From a virus (lineage: Duplodnaviria > Caudoviricetes), in the IMG/VR virus record IMGVR_UViG_3300020044_001237, positions 1 to 31,135 of that record: a stretch of 31,135 nucleotides of DNA; one strand, written 5' to 3'. Shown here one piece after another: positions 15,096 to 24,737 of this stretch (position 1 is the stretch's first letter; every line of letters begins with the position of its first letter). The notes beneath the pieces are model-generated. The model had not been told where the DNA came from. It saw only the letters and a list, made by a program, of their open reading frames with translations, and made no database searches. Both the position numbers and the translations under genes were made by a program.

Positions 15096-15489
15096 TTTTT
15101 GTTCTCATGTCAACTATTTTTTCAAGCGTTCTGCCACCAAAATAGAATGACATGATTAACATACCCCATTGTCCCAATAGTTCTACATATCTTTCGTTAG
15201 TGTCCATATCAAATGCTGACATAAACGCAAAGATAAAATAGCCTGAAATGATAGCTATAAGGGTCATAGGGCGTATGTTTTTAGCAAGCCAGCTATCACT
15301 AGCCATGTCTGCTTGCGCGCGTTTAGTAAGTTCTTGTGCTTCATTTATATCGGCTTGAATATCAGCCAATTTGCCGTCTTGGGCTAATTTAGCTAGTTCT
15401 AATTGAGCTTGCGCTTTAGCGGCTGGATCAGGAATAAGCTTATCAACAAGCTTCATTCCTACGCCAATAATATCGTCTATTCCAAACAT
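15088..15489 (-). CDS. 3TM-type holin (GTA holin family-like)
   Basis: IPDP..KAQAQLEL, DSWLAKNIRP, FYFGGRTLEK. Confidence 0.82.
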   Translation of the reverse strand: MFGIDDIIGVGMKLVDKLIPDPAAKAQAQLELAKLAQDGKLADIQADINEAQELTKRAQADMASDSWLAKNIRPMTLIAIISGYFIFAFMSAFDMDTNERYVELLGQWGMLIMSFYFGGRTLEKIVDMRTKNG

Positions 15490-15698
15490 TATTTACCTGT
15501 AACCCAATGAATTGCCCAGCCAATTAATGTAGAAAAAGCTGAAACTACCATTATTCCTACCCAAAATCCACCCCTGCCTTTGTTAGCCAAAGCAAGCAAT
15601 TCTTCCATGCCAGCTTCTAACTTATCTATTTTGGCAGTTTGTTGGTCAACTTTTTCCCAAAGCTGGCCGTACTTAACGGGGTCGATTTCAAATGACAT
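15489..15698 (-). CDS. Coiled-coil plus C-terminal TM protein (XhlA/holin-like)
   Basis: LLALANKGRGGFW followed by a TM helix. Confidence 0.65.
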   Translation of the reverse strand: MSFEIDPVKYGQLWEKVDQQTAKIDKLEAGMEELLALANKGRGGFWVGIMVVSAFSTLIGWAIHWVTGK

Positions 15699-15709
15699 AA
15701 TTTTCTCAA

Positions 15710-15994
15710 TTAATATTTATTTTCGGCAAATATATTTACAAATATAGTTCCATCTTCTATTGCTTCTATTTCGTGCCATTCTTTACCAGTTAGGTTAAGC
15801 GGCTGTGAATCTTTATTAATAGTAGCTGTTACTTTAGCTGTTCTTACAACGCAAGAACCAGCGGTACAAAACGATGCGTGGTCATACGGATGGGTGTGGC
15901 TAGGCAAACCCGTACCTTTATCGGCATGATAGATATTTACCCTTGCGCCACCATAATTAAAGGTATGCGCTGGTGCTATTGGTTTAGCTTGCAT
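15710..15994 (-). CDS. Cupin-fold protein (likely start ATG 15994)
   Basis: HTHPYDH...G.C and WHEIEAIEDGT cupin motifs. Confidence 0.78.
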   Translation of the reverse strand: MQAKPIAPAHTFNYGGARVNIYHADKGTGLPSHTHPYDHASFCTAGSCVVRTAKVTATINKDSQPLNLTGKEWHEIEAIEDGTIFVNIFAENKY

Positions 15995-16148
15995 TGTTAT
16001 CAACTACAACTGGAGTAAAAGGCAAGCCATCATCAACAATAGGAATATCTTGTTCAATAACTACAGATTCGCCCAAATCAGGCATTGTAGGTTCTGTTGG
16101 CGTAGAAGTATTGGGCGTTAGTTCGGGAGTTGTTAAACCATCAGTCAT
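15984..16148 (-). CDS. Acidic Pro/Thr-rich peptide (54 aa; not in the ORF track)
   Basis: SD AAGGA; MTDGLTTPELTPNTSTPTEPTMPDLGESVVIEQDIPIVDDGLPFTPVVVDNNAS. Confidence 0.6.
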   Translation of the reverse strand: MTDGLTTPELTPNTSTPTEPTMPDLGESVVIEQDIPIVDDGLPFTPVVVDNNAS

Positions 16149-16156
16149 AATTTTCC

Positions 16157-18106
16157 TTAAACAATAGAAGTAGCAATGGGGTAACCTTGCAAATATAAGT
16201 TTGTAATGCTACTGCCAGAATTGAAACCAATACCATAAGTTCCACTCATCAATAAATTAACGCTTGGGGTCATTGAAGTTGGAACACCACCGCCATAAGC
16301 ACCACCACCTGATGCGCTGATATTCATTGTAGAAGATGTAGGGTCAGTTTGAAGTAGATTGCCACCACCAAGCAAAATTACTTTACTTGAAGAAACTAAA
16401 TAAGTAGTACCAGTAGTTCCGTACCCACCATTAAGCGTTGCACCATTTACTGTTAAATAATTGGTAGAAAGCTGTATTTTTGCTTGGTAAGAAGTAGAAG
16501 TATTAGCCAATACACTAGCTGTGCCAGCGTTAGTTACATCATACACGCTACCATTTTGCAATATTTTGCCAGTACAGTATGTCCAGCCTTGCTGTCCTGA
16601 AATTCTATTAGCACCTGCACTTTCAGCATCACTAGCTGTTGTTCTTGCACCTTGAGTAAATGTGTTTGCAGATGGAGTGCAAGACACATATCTACCAGCA
16701 ATAATAAAGGTAGTTAAACTTGTTCTTACGCTACTAGCGGCAACGGCAAAGTTTGTATTACTGGCAGATTGAGTATAAGTTACTGATGTTGTACCTGTTA
16801 CTGTGCCACCACGAATATAAGTAGAATAATTAACGCCACAACAGCCTGTTTCTTGCGTAAACTGACAACCGTACAAATAAGCACTATTACTTCCTAAATA
16901 AGCTACATAAGGTCCACTAGCATTATAACTACCTACGCTTACTGTATTTACTGCGGAAGCGTAAAGTGTTCCACCTGATACAGATAAACCAAAAGTACCT
17001 AAAGTAGTTCCTACAGTTATTGCCACTAAAGCATGACCAGCATCGTCTGTATCCCAACTCATAGTACCGTTGTAAGTAGTAGCCACAACAGTTATTTTAT
17101 TGCCGACAGTAAAAGCACCTGTTGTAGTATTTACAGTAAATAGCGTTGCGTAAGTAGCGGTTTGACTTGTTTCTGTGTATACATAAGCAAAGTTAGTGCT
17201 ATTTAATCTAACCATTACACCACTTGTAGATTTAGTTAAATCAGATGGGGCTACCATGTAACTAGAACGAGGAATAAGTGTAGATGGTCCTGAATAAATT
17301 GCAAATAAAGATGGACTATTTTTAAAATACCAAACACCTGTTGTTGTTGCAGTAGAAGTAATATTTAATGTATAGCTTCCAGTTGACGGCAAATATTCAC
17401 GAATAGTTCCACCAGTATCTTTTATAGCTAAAGCTAATCCTGTTTCATTTGAAATGACAAAGTAGCCTTGACCTGTAGTCAAAGTAGTCATATCAGGCAT
17501 AACAATGCTAGGCAAATAAGGAACAGTTGTATCCAATACAACACGAATATATTGATTGCTTGCAGATGTTAATGTTGCGCTAGGACTTGCAGTAGACAAA
17601 GTTACGGTAGTAATGCCACCTCTTACATTTCCTGACGCAGAAGTCCAAGTAGTTCCGTTAGAAACTAATACATTACCTGACGCGCCAGCAGAAGTTAAAC
17701 CAGTACCACCTTGAGAAGCCGCTAGTGCAGTAGTTAAGCCTGTAATAGAAGTAATGTCGCTATTTGCGCCTGATTTAGCCGCGCTTAAATTAGTACGGGA
17801 AGTAGTAGCATTAGCAACATCAGAAAGGTTATTAGCCTTTAAAAGTGCTAAAGCATCGGCAGTATCTACATACAATTTGGTAGCACCATCTGTATCAAGC
17901 GTAGGGGTAGCAAGATTAATAATCTTATTGCTATTTAAGTTTAATGGGCCAGTCATCGGTGTCTGACCATCAGCGGCTACAGACCCAGTTAAAGCACTAG
18001 CAATATCTGTCAGCGTTGAATTAGCCCATGTAGAACTAATTGTGGTATTAGTAACTACTGGATTACCAGCAGGTAGGGTATATGTACCCGATCCGTTTCT
18101 ACTCAT
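16157..18106 (-). CDS. Tail fibre / receptor-binding protein
   Basis: N-terminal anchor MSRNGSGTYTLPAGNPVV...DGQTPMTG, NNLSDVAN and GGTG fibre motifs, T/S/G-rich body. Confidence 0.88.
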   Translation of the reverse strand: MSRNGSGTYTLPAGNPVVTNTTISSTWANSTLTDIASALTGSVAADGQTPMTGPLNLNSNKIINLATPTLDTDGATKLYVDTADALALLKANNLSDVANATTSRTNLSAAKSGANSDITSITGLTTALAASQGGTGLTSAGASGNVLVSNGTTWTSASGNVRGGITTVTLSTASPSATLTSASNQYIRVVLDTTVPYLPSIVMPDMTTLTTGQGYFVISNETGLALAIKDTGGTIREYLPSTGSYTLNITSTATTTGVWYFKNSPSLFAIYSGPSTLIPRSSYMVAPSDLTKSTSGVMVRLNSTNFAYVYTETSQTATYATLFTVNTTTGAFTVGNKITVVATTYNGTMSWDTDDAGHALVAITVGTTLGTFGLSVSGGTLYASAVNTVSVGSYNASGPYVAYLGSNSAYLYGCQFTQETGCCGVNYSTYIRGGTVTGTTSVTYTQSASNTNFAVAASSVRTSLTTFIIAGRYVSCTPSANTFTQGARTTASDAESAGANRISGQQGWTYCTGKILQNGSVYDVTNAGTASVLANTSTSYQAKIQLSTNYLTVNGATLNGGYGTTGTTYLVSSSKVILLGGGNLLQTDPTSSTMNISASGGGAYGGGVPTSMTPSVNLLMSGTYGIGFNSGSSITNLYLQGYPIATSIV

Positions 18107-19694
18107 TTGTTGCTCCTTGTTGGGCGGCTCTCATAATTAATAATTTTGCCAGTTTTCTTTGTTCAGGAGTACCCGAATTTGCCAAATCTAATACTGGTCT
18201 TGCCATTTTTCCTGCCGCGTAAGTAGCTTCACCAACTAATCGTGGACTTTGCAATGGAAGGGTAGCTAAAGGTGCTAAACCTGATGCGCCAATAGTCATT
18301 GCTCCTGTAATACCGCTTCCTGCTGTAAAGCTTGGAATAATGCGATGCAATCCTCTTGGGACATAAGTATTTAATGCTTGACCTGCTAAAGTTGGCATTA
18401 AATCAACGCCTGATTCTTTTTTAAGAATGTCAGCTAATTGTTTTCTGTATTCAAAACTGGTATTAGCATTATTACGGGTTAATGATTGCAATTTGCGTAC
18501 TGCGGCATCAATAGATGTTTTATCGCCTAATCCTAATGCTTGTTCAAGTTCGCGTTCAAGGCCTAGTGATTCTTCATAATCACGCATTGTTTTAGCGTAA
18601 TTAGGGTCTTGATTAACAATAGTTTGTTTAACTTTACCGCGTGTTTGGGTCAAAATAGATTTGGCTTCTTTTGACATATCATTGCTATACAAATCGTCAA
18701 TTCTGCGTTTTAAAGCGTCTAAACCTTCTGCTGTATGTAATTCAGGTTTGCTTTTCCATTCATTAATAACAGCACGAATTTCACCAATTTCATTTAGCGT
18801 TTTTTGTCCTACTCTTGATGCCTGTACACCACCAACACCTTTTACAGTCAATCCTTGTAAAGTGTCATTAAAAGTTTTTTCAATAGGTTTAAAATCTAAA
18901 AAAACTTGATTTTTATTAGTGCTTTGAATCCCTTGTTCATAAGCCGCTTTACGCTGACTTTTAAGGGTTTGTAAACCCCCTTGAGCCGCTTCTAGTACAT
19001 CCCGTACAGGCACTTGACCACGCAAATTTTGTAAAAACTGTTGATTGCCAGTTGTGCCAGCTTTAGCCGCTTCTTCAATGGCTTGTGGCCCTGCACCAGT
19101 AGAAAGACCTAAAACTTCTTTTCCAATCCACCCACCAAGTTTTGCCGCAGGTTTAATAATTTCACCTAATGGGCCAGTAGCCGCACCCCAAGTGGCCGCG
19201 TTACCGCGATCTTCAACGCTTGGAGTCAATAATGCGCCAGTACCTGCACCAATAGCAGATTGTTCGCCTACAGCAGTAGCAAAACTAGGTATTTTTCCAA
19301 TTACATTAGATACTTGTGGAATTGCTTTAATACCGCTTGCAAGTTTTTGTGCGGCAGAATAAGGTGCTAAATATGAACCAATTTGACCTGCTGTTCCTGC
19401 TACTGGATATTGTTCTTTAACTTGATTAGTTAATGTTTCACCAAAACGGGAAATATTTCGACCAGTTTCAGGAAAAGCTAATTCAGTTGCCGCGCCTGCG
19501 CCTTTAATTAATTCTCCAGCACCAGCAACAGCCATAGGGCCAACAACAGCATTTCCCTGCATTTTAGGAATTTGTATATTTTTAAGAAAACGGTCATAAG
19601 CCGTTTCAGGTTGCAATTCTGCGCCTTCAGGCAAAGGTGGTAATCCCTCTACAAGAACAGCCCCTTTTGGAAGTGGCGGTAAAGTATCAGACAT
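18099..19694 (-). CDS. DNA ejection (internal virion) protein, large
   Basis: A/G-rich helical protein; position between the other ejection genes and the fibre. Confidence 0.7.
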   Translation of the reverse strand: MSDTLPPLPKGAVLVEGLPPLPEGAELQPETAYDRFLKNIQIPKMQGNAVVGPMAVAGAGELIKGAGAATELAFPETGRNISRFGETLTNQVKEQYPVAGTAGQIGSYLAPYSAAQKLASGIKAIPQVSNVIGKIPSFATAVGEQSAIGAGTGALLTPSVEDRGNAATWGAATGPLGEIIKPAAKLGGWIGKEVLGLSTGAGPQAIEEAAKAGTTGNQQFLQNLRGQVPVRDVLEAAQGGLQTLKSQRKAAYEQGIQSTNKNQVFLDFKPIEKTFNDTLQGLTVKGVGGVQASRVGQKTLNEIGEIRAVINEWKSKPELHTAEGLDALKRRIDDLYSNDMSKEAKSILTQTRGKVKQTIVNQDPNYAKTMRDYEESLGLERELEQALGLGDKTSIDAAVRKLQSLTRNNANTSFEYRKQLADILKKESGVDLMPTLAGQALNTYVPRGLHRIIPSFTAGSGITGAMTIGASGLAPLATLPLQSPRLVGEATYAAGKMARPVLDLANSGTPEQRKLAKLLIMRAAQQGATNE

Positions 19695-21139
19695 TATTTT
19701 ACTTCCTTACCAGTTTTAGAATAAACCCATTTACCATTCCGAACTTCAATTTGTTCACCATTTAATATGGCTTTAGCCGTTGCGCCAGTTTGTTTTGGTG
19801 TGCTAGTTGGTGCTTTTGGCTCTACAACTTTTGGCACAGCAATATATTTACGCATACTTTCAGGTATAACTTTTTGTTGAGTATTGTATGCTTCAACAAT
19901 AACGCCACTAGCAAATTCTTTTTGATTTTGAATCATCTTTTTAAGATTTTCTTGTGTTACAAAAATATCTTTGTAGTTAGGAATTACCTCATCCAAGATG
20001 CGTTCATCACCACCGTTTAATACGCCTAATTTGTTAGCTTCTTTACCAGTTAGCTTAACTGTAGCGTGTAAGGAAGTAAGCATTTGTCTTACGCTAGGTT
20101 TTGCCAAATCAGAAGCTGTCAAAGTAGAAACATAATCGTTATATTTTTCAAGCGAGTTGTAATACAGTTTTGCACCGTTTACTTGCGAACCTTCAGTACC
20201 TTCAATTGGTTTATATACATTCTTTTGCCAATCTCTAGCCGCTTCACCGCTTGGCATAGGCGGCATTGGGGGCGGTTTAAATGGATCATAGCCGTATGTT
20301 TTAATCAAATCTTGTGATGTTGCATTTGTAGCTGATACAGGTTTAATTGTAGGTTGCCCAGCATTTACTTGTCCACCGCTAACAACAGGGGCATTGCCAA
20401 CAGGCGCATTCATTGATGGCGCACCTATCATCGGGGCATTAGCATTTGGCATATTTGCTTGTGGAACAGCAATACCGCGATCACGCAATGTAAGAATGTC
20501 GGAACGACTAATAGCTTCAGAAGAAGTGCCAAATGGTGTCCAAGTTGTGCGTGGATTTGGATTGCTTTCATCATACAAACCAGCTACTTTGTTACCATTT
20601 GCAGGATCAACTAAAGTCATTTCTTTCCATTTAGGGCCTTCAGTTAATCGCTTTAATCCCATTGCCCGTAAAGCTGGGCTGTAAGAACTAGCGGCAAACA
20701 AATTAGCGGCTTGTGGGTTAGGCTTAATTGCCGCAACTGGGGCTTGGTATTGACCCATCGGTTCTTCTATTGAACCCATTGCTTGATTAGTTCCAGCTAA
20801 CGGTAAGTTGCCAGCCTGTGATGGCGCACCAGCATTCATTTGTTGGAACTTTTCAATATCGCCCATTTCTTGAGCGCGTAATCTTTGAGCAAGATTAGCC
20901 GCTTGTTCGTCACCTTTTTTACCCACATACTGACCTGCCGCCATGTTAGCAATTTGAGCTAAATGTTGGAACGGGCTAGTAGCAACATAACGACCTGATA
21001 CCATGCTACCAGCAGGCATTTGTTGCATACCTTGTTGGGTAAGCAAATCGGCTAAACGCTGTTGACGGTTAAGCTGTTGCTGTTCAGCCATCAATTCGGG
21101 CGGCATATTGCCAGCCAAGTTAATCATATTATCAGCCAT
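19694..21139 (-). CDS. DNA ejection (internal virion) protein
   Basis: RQQRLADLL...MVSGRYVA.SP.Q N-terminus; Q/A/P-rich. Confidence 0.7.
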   Translation of the reverse strand: MADNMINLAGNMPPELMAEQQQLNRQQRLADLLTQQGMQQMPAGSMVSGRYVATSPFQHLAQIANMAAGQYVGKKGDEQAANLAQRLRAQEMGDIEKFQQMNAGAPSQAGNLPLAGTNQAMGSIEEPMGQYQAPVAAIKPNPQAANLFAASSYSPALRAMGLKRLTEGPKWKEMTLVDPANGNKVAGLYDESNPNPRTTWTPFGTSSEAISRSDILTLRDRGIAVPQANMPNANAPMIGAPSMNAPVGNAPVVSGGQVNAGQPTIKPVSATNATSQDLIKTYGYDPFKPPPMPPMPSGEAARDWQKNVYKPIEGTEGSQVNGAKLYYNSLEKYNDYVSTLTASDLAKPSVRQMLTSLHATVKLTGKEANKLGVLNGGDERILDEVIPNYKDIFVTQENLKKMIQNQKEFASGVIVEAYNTQQKVIPESMRKYIAVPKVVEPKAPTSTPKQTGATAKAILNGEQIEVRNGKWVYSKTGKEVK

Positions 21140-21148
21140 AATTATTCC

Positions 21149-21466
21149 TTATAACCCTATGTCTGCGTTCATTCCTGCATAACCTTGACCAGCACCCATA
21201 CCATTACTGTTAGCACCAAACATATCATTTGAGCCAGCGGTTTGCCATTGGTCATAATTAGGCTTTTGCTTACGCAACATCATAGCCATAGCCATAGGGT
21301 TCATGCCACCGCCCTGCTGTGTTTGACCAGCTTGTTGGGTCAATTGTTGACCTTGCATAGCCGCTTGATTTTGCATTTGCTGTTGTGCCGCCATGTTCTG
21401 ATAGACAGCATTTAAGCCACCTAAATCTTGTGCTTGCATAGCAGGATTGATATATGGGTTAGGCAT
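21149..21466 (-). CDS. Small Q/M/G-rich internal virion protein
   Basis: Composition and position. Confidence 0.6.
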   Translation of the reverse strand: MPNPYINPAMQAQDLGGLNAVYQNMAAQQQMQNQAAMQGQQLTQQAGQTQQGGGMNPMAMAMMLRKQKPNYDQWQTAGSNDMFGANSNGMGAGQGYAGMNADIGL

Positions 21467-22518
21467 TATAGTAATCCGTAATCTACGACTTTATAGCCGT
21501 CATTAAGTGTATGTACAGCGTATGGATAAACTTGTTCTACTTCTTGAGCCATGTAGCCATAATGAACGCCATGACCAGCTAGTTCAAAATCTTTAAATTC
21601 AGGTTTGTATTCAAACTTATACACGGTCAATCCGTTGTTAGCTATGCCAATAGGTTCAATGCTTTCTTTGGTGCGAATGTCTGACATAGCCATAATTCCA
21701 GCACCGCCAAGACCCATCAAACCGCTATTAAAGTTAGACTGTGCCGCTTGTTTGGCATTAAAGTCACCCATCTGTGCGTTATATTGCATACCTGCCGCGC
21801 CTAACAAGTCAGGGCCGCTGGTGGTAGCTTGGTTTGCGCTATTAACAAATGTAGGGTTTTGTACTTGCGCGCCTGTACGCAATGAACTTAATGTATTAAG
21901 TGGCAAGTTGTAGTTAGTCATAGCTTGGTTGTAAGCTTGTTGATTTGCTTGTAAGCCAGTACCAAAACCTTGTGTAGTTGCCGCGGCAAGCAGGTCGTTT
22001 TCTTTTTGACCTTGATTCATCTGTGCCTTGTTCCAAGCTTCAGAACCTACAGGAATACCTGCATTTGACAGTTGATTGTTTAGCAATTCACGCTGTTGAC
22101 CGATTTGCGGTGAAAGGCGTTGCATATAGGCATCTTGGTAATTCTGACCAGCATTAATGCCTACTTGTGGAAGATTAGGGTTAAAACCTTGCCCCATTAC
22201 ATCTTGGGTGCGACCTAAAGCGGCATTAATTGTGCTACCAAGACCTAAACTTGCTTGATTTTGGTTGTTTAAAAGCTGTTGACCGACATCAGAAAGACTT
22301 GTGGTAGCTGTCCATGTAGGATTTCCGTAAGGGTCTTGACCGTTAATTGTGTAGTCTAAATTGCCGTAAGGTGTTACCTGATTTACGCGGTTTGCCGCAG
22401 TAGCGGCTCTTGCCGCATCAAGGTTACCTTGTGCCGTTTCTTTAGCGGCCGCTGTATAGTCGGGCGCGGCTGGCGCACTTGGCGCAGGCCCTAATCCTAA
22501 AAATCCACCACCACCCAT
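21466..22518 (-). CDS. Ejection/pilot protein with a C-terminal peptidase S74-like autocleaving chaperone domain
   Basis: MGGGG...APAAPDY...NQVTPYG; C-terminal SDIRTKESI...GYMAQEVE..YP.AV...VDY. Confidence 0.8.
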   Translation of the reverse strand: MGGGGFLGLGPAPSAPAAPDYTAAAKETAQGNLDAARAATAANRVNQVTPYGNLDYTINGQDPYGNPTWTATTSLSDVGQQLLNNQNQASLGLGSTINAALGRTQDVMGQGFNPNLPQVGINAGQNYQDAYMQRLSPQIGQQRELLNNQLSNAGIPVGSEAWNKAQMNQGQKENDLLAAATTQGFGTGLQANQQAYNQAMTNYNLPLNTLSSLRTGAQVQNPTFVNSANQATTSGPDLLGAAGMQYNAQMGDFNAKQAAQSNFNSGLMGLGGAGIMAMSDIRTKESIEPIGIANNGLTVYKFEYKPEFKDFELAGHGVHYGYMAQEVEQVYPYAVHTLNDGYKVVDYGLL

Positions 22519-22519
22519 G

Positions 22520-22963
22520 TCATACTCCTTTTAACTTTTTCAAAGGACATTGGATGTCAAGCCACCGACAATCCTCTTTCCTCATAGCCATAATTACCAA
22601 ATCACCATCCATATGGGCATCGGGTATTTCGGCTACTACTTTAAAGCCCAAGTGTCGGTTTAACCTTAAGGCATCTGTATTATTAGCACAGATTTGCCCT
22701 AGTATAACGCTAACTCCTAGTTTATTAAAGGGGTAATCAAAAGCCGCCCACAATAAATCCTTACTAACCCAGTTCACTTCGTCTACTGCCGCAATGTGCA
22801 TTTGGCAAGCTTTTGGCATAAAACTGCAATATCCAACTACAGCCACTAAATTTCCGTCAATTTCTTGCCCAATACATACCGTTTCTTCGGGCAACGGGTA
22901 GTTCATCATTCGAACCAGCCAATCGCCCATGTAGCGTTGATTTTCTGTAGTAACAGTCCTCAC
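22520..22963 (-). CDS. GNAT-fold virion morphogenesis acetyltransferase-like protein (likely GTG start 22963)
   Basis: FDYPFNKLG...N..ALRLNRHLGF; GTGA overlap with the nozzle stop. Confidence 0.78.
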   Translation of the reverse strand: MRTVTTENQRYMGDWLVRMMNYPLPEETVCIGQEIDGNLVAVVGYCSFMPKACQMHIAAVDEVNWVSKDLLWAAFDYPFNKLGVSVILGQICANNTDALRLNRHLGFKVVAEIPDAHMDGDLVIMAMRKEDCRWLDIQCPLKKLKGV

Positions 22964-24735
22964 AGAACTCCGCCACGCTCCATTACATAGTCGGTAGATG
23001 CCCAATGAAAGTCTATTCCTTGCGATGCCACATTCATATTGACCGATGCCGCAAAACCTGTTCCTGTAACTCCCTGCCAGTTTTTGCTAGTTGTTAGGAA
23101 TCCACCCCAATTTACCTCATCCCATTTATCTACATCCCATTTAGCAACGGTCAATAATGATGGGTTAAAGCTAATTTCGTTGGTCAATGGCACGGTATCA
23201 AAGTCGGTTGATATACCGCATAACACCGTAGGCATACCGTTATCGGTCTGAATAATAGGGCGAATTAGAGTAAATCGTTTTAATTGACCGCGGGTATCAA
23301 AGTAGCTGTAAGCTTGCTGACAAGTTCCTACAATGTTGTTTATATCGTCAGTATTGGTATAAAAGAATCTGCCGACATAGCCATCACCACCAAAGTGCAT
23401 ATCCTGATCGCCCGATACTGCAAAGCAGTAAGCTTCTATGCCAGTAAATCGCGCCCAAGACTTGCTAATAGTGTTCATTACATACTGCTCCATTCCGCCA
23501 TCCACAGGGATGGACAAAATAAGCATATTTTCAGCGGCTAAAAAGTTAATTTGCCAGCCAAAGTTTTGTGAAAAATTAGATGCGGCAAGGGAAACAGCAT
23601 AGTAAATCTTGTCTGTCAGGTTGATACGAGGGTCTAGTCGGTCAGATTGTAATGCCGATGTCAACGGAAGTAGTCCATCTTGCGTTAATAGCAATAAGTC
23701 ACCGCCCCACTTAAAAAAGCATCTACGGCTAAAGGTTTGGCCCATCTGCCACAGACCCTTCATTGCCCAGTTGTTAGGGTCGCTAGGGTTAAATCCTTGA
23801 TACACAAGAATCTCGCCCATGCTAGATACATACACAGCAAAGTCATCTACACCGTAACCAGCGTCAAGTGTCCATGTACCCATAGCCTGCAAGTACCCGC
23901 CATTGCGGAAAAAAGCACCTAAAGCAAATTCTGTAGCCGCGCCTGATATTGCTTGGACATCCAAATAATAAAAGCTTAAGCTGTTGTTTTTACAGAAATA
24001 AAGTCTATTTTTAAACAAGTTCACATTAACAAATGTGTTACTATTTACGCCCGTAATTCCTGTGATTGTGTAAGTCCCAACAACACTAGCATTACCGCTG
24101 GGCGCGCTTGCCATCGTGTAAGTAAAGGTAGTCGTTCCTGTTACGGTAATGACAAAAGTACCGTTAAATTGTGAAGGCGTTGCGCCTGACACAGTAATTC
24201 TGTTACCTGTTATTAAACCATGCGCTGATGCCGTGGTTAGGGTAGCAGTTAAGTTTCCTGTACCGCCCCTAGTGATACTGCTAATTGTTTGGGCAGTTTG
24301 CGTTGTTGCCATAAACGCCCATGCTGTGCCGTCATAAATCAGGGTTGGGTTTACACCGTTACAAGCAATAATAAAATCGCCACCAGCGGTGCTGATATTG
24401 ACATATTGCCACTTTGCGTTAGATAAACCACTAAAAACCTCAACAGCAGGGTCGTTTGTTGCATCGTAAATCTTGCTGTCAGCAAAAGCAAAAAGTTTGT
24501 AACCCCGTGCGTTGTTGTACGGGTAGTTAATTACTGTATAGACTTTGCCAGTAATGCCTGTAGACAGCTTTGTGTAGCCCTTACGCAATTGGACATCGGT
24601 TGTGGTAGGCCAAAAGTTGACCATCTGCACCGCATCCAATGGTGGCATATCTGCCAAAGAATCCCTAGCATTCCACCCACCAATAGGCGATGATAACGAT
24701 GTCGTAACCGCAGTACGGCCTTTAGGCTGTGCCAT
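22960..24735 (-). CDS. Tail nozzle / packaged-DNA stabilisation protein (P22 gp10/T7 gp12 position; likely start ATG 24735)
   Basis: PIGGWNARDSL N-terminus, beta-rich, WDVDKWD C-terminal motif; synteny. Confidence 0.8.
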   Translation of the reverse strand: MAQPKGRTAVTTSLSSPIGGWNARDSLADMPPLDAVQMVNFWPTTTDVQLRKGYTKLSTGITGKVYTVINYPYNNARGYKLFAFADSKIYDATNDPAVEVFSGLSNAKWQYVNISTAGGDFIIACNGVNPTLIYDGTAWAFMATTQTAQTISSITRGGTGNLTATLTTASAHGLITGNRITVSGATPSQFNGTFVITVTGTTTFTYTMASAPSGNASVVGTYTITGITGVNSNTFVNVNLFKNRLYFCKNNSLSFYYLDVQAISGAATEFALGAFFRNGGYLQAMGTWTLDAGYGVDDFAVYVSSMGEILVYQGFNPSDPNNWAMKGLWQMGQTFSRRCFFKWGGDLLLLTQDGLLPLTSALQSDRLDPRINLTDKIYYAVSLAASNFSQNFGWQINFLAAENMLILSIPVDGGMEQYVMNTISKSWARFTGIEAYCFAVSGDQDMHFGGDGYVGRFFYTNTDDINNIVGTCQQAYSYFDTRGQLKRFTLIRPIIQTDNGMPTVLCGISTDFDTVPLTNEISFNPSLLTVAKWDVDKWDEVNWGGFLTTSKNWQGVTGTGFAASVNMNVASQGIDFHWASTDYVMERGGVL

Positions 24736-24737
24736 GA

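Noticed and set aside
16157-18106. Diversity-generating retroelement or invertase acting on the fibre
   Set aside because: No reverse transcriptase, template repeat or recombinase seen in the window
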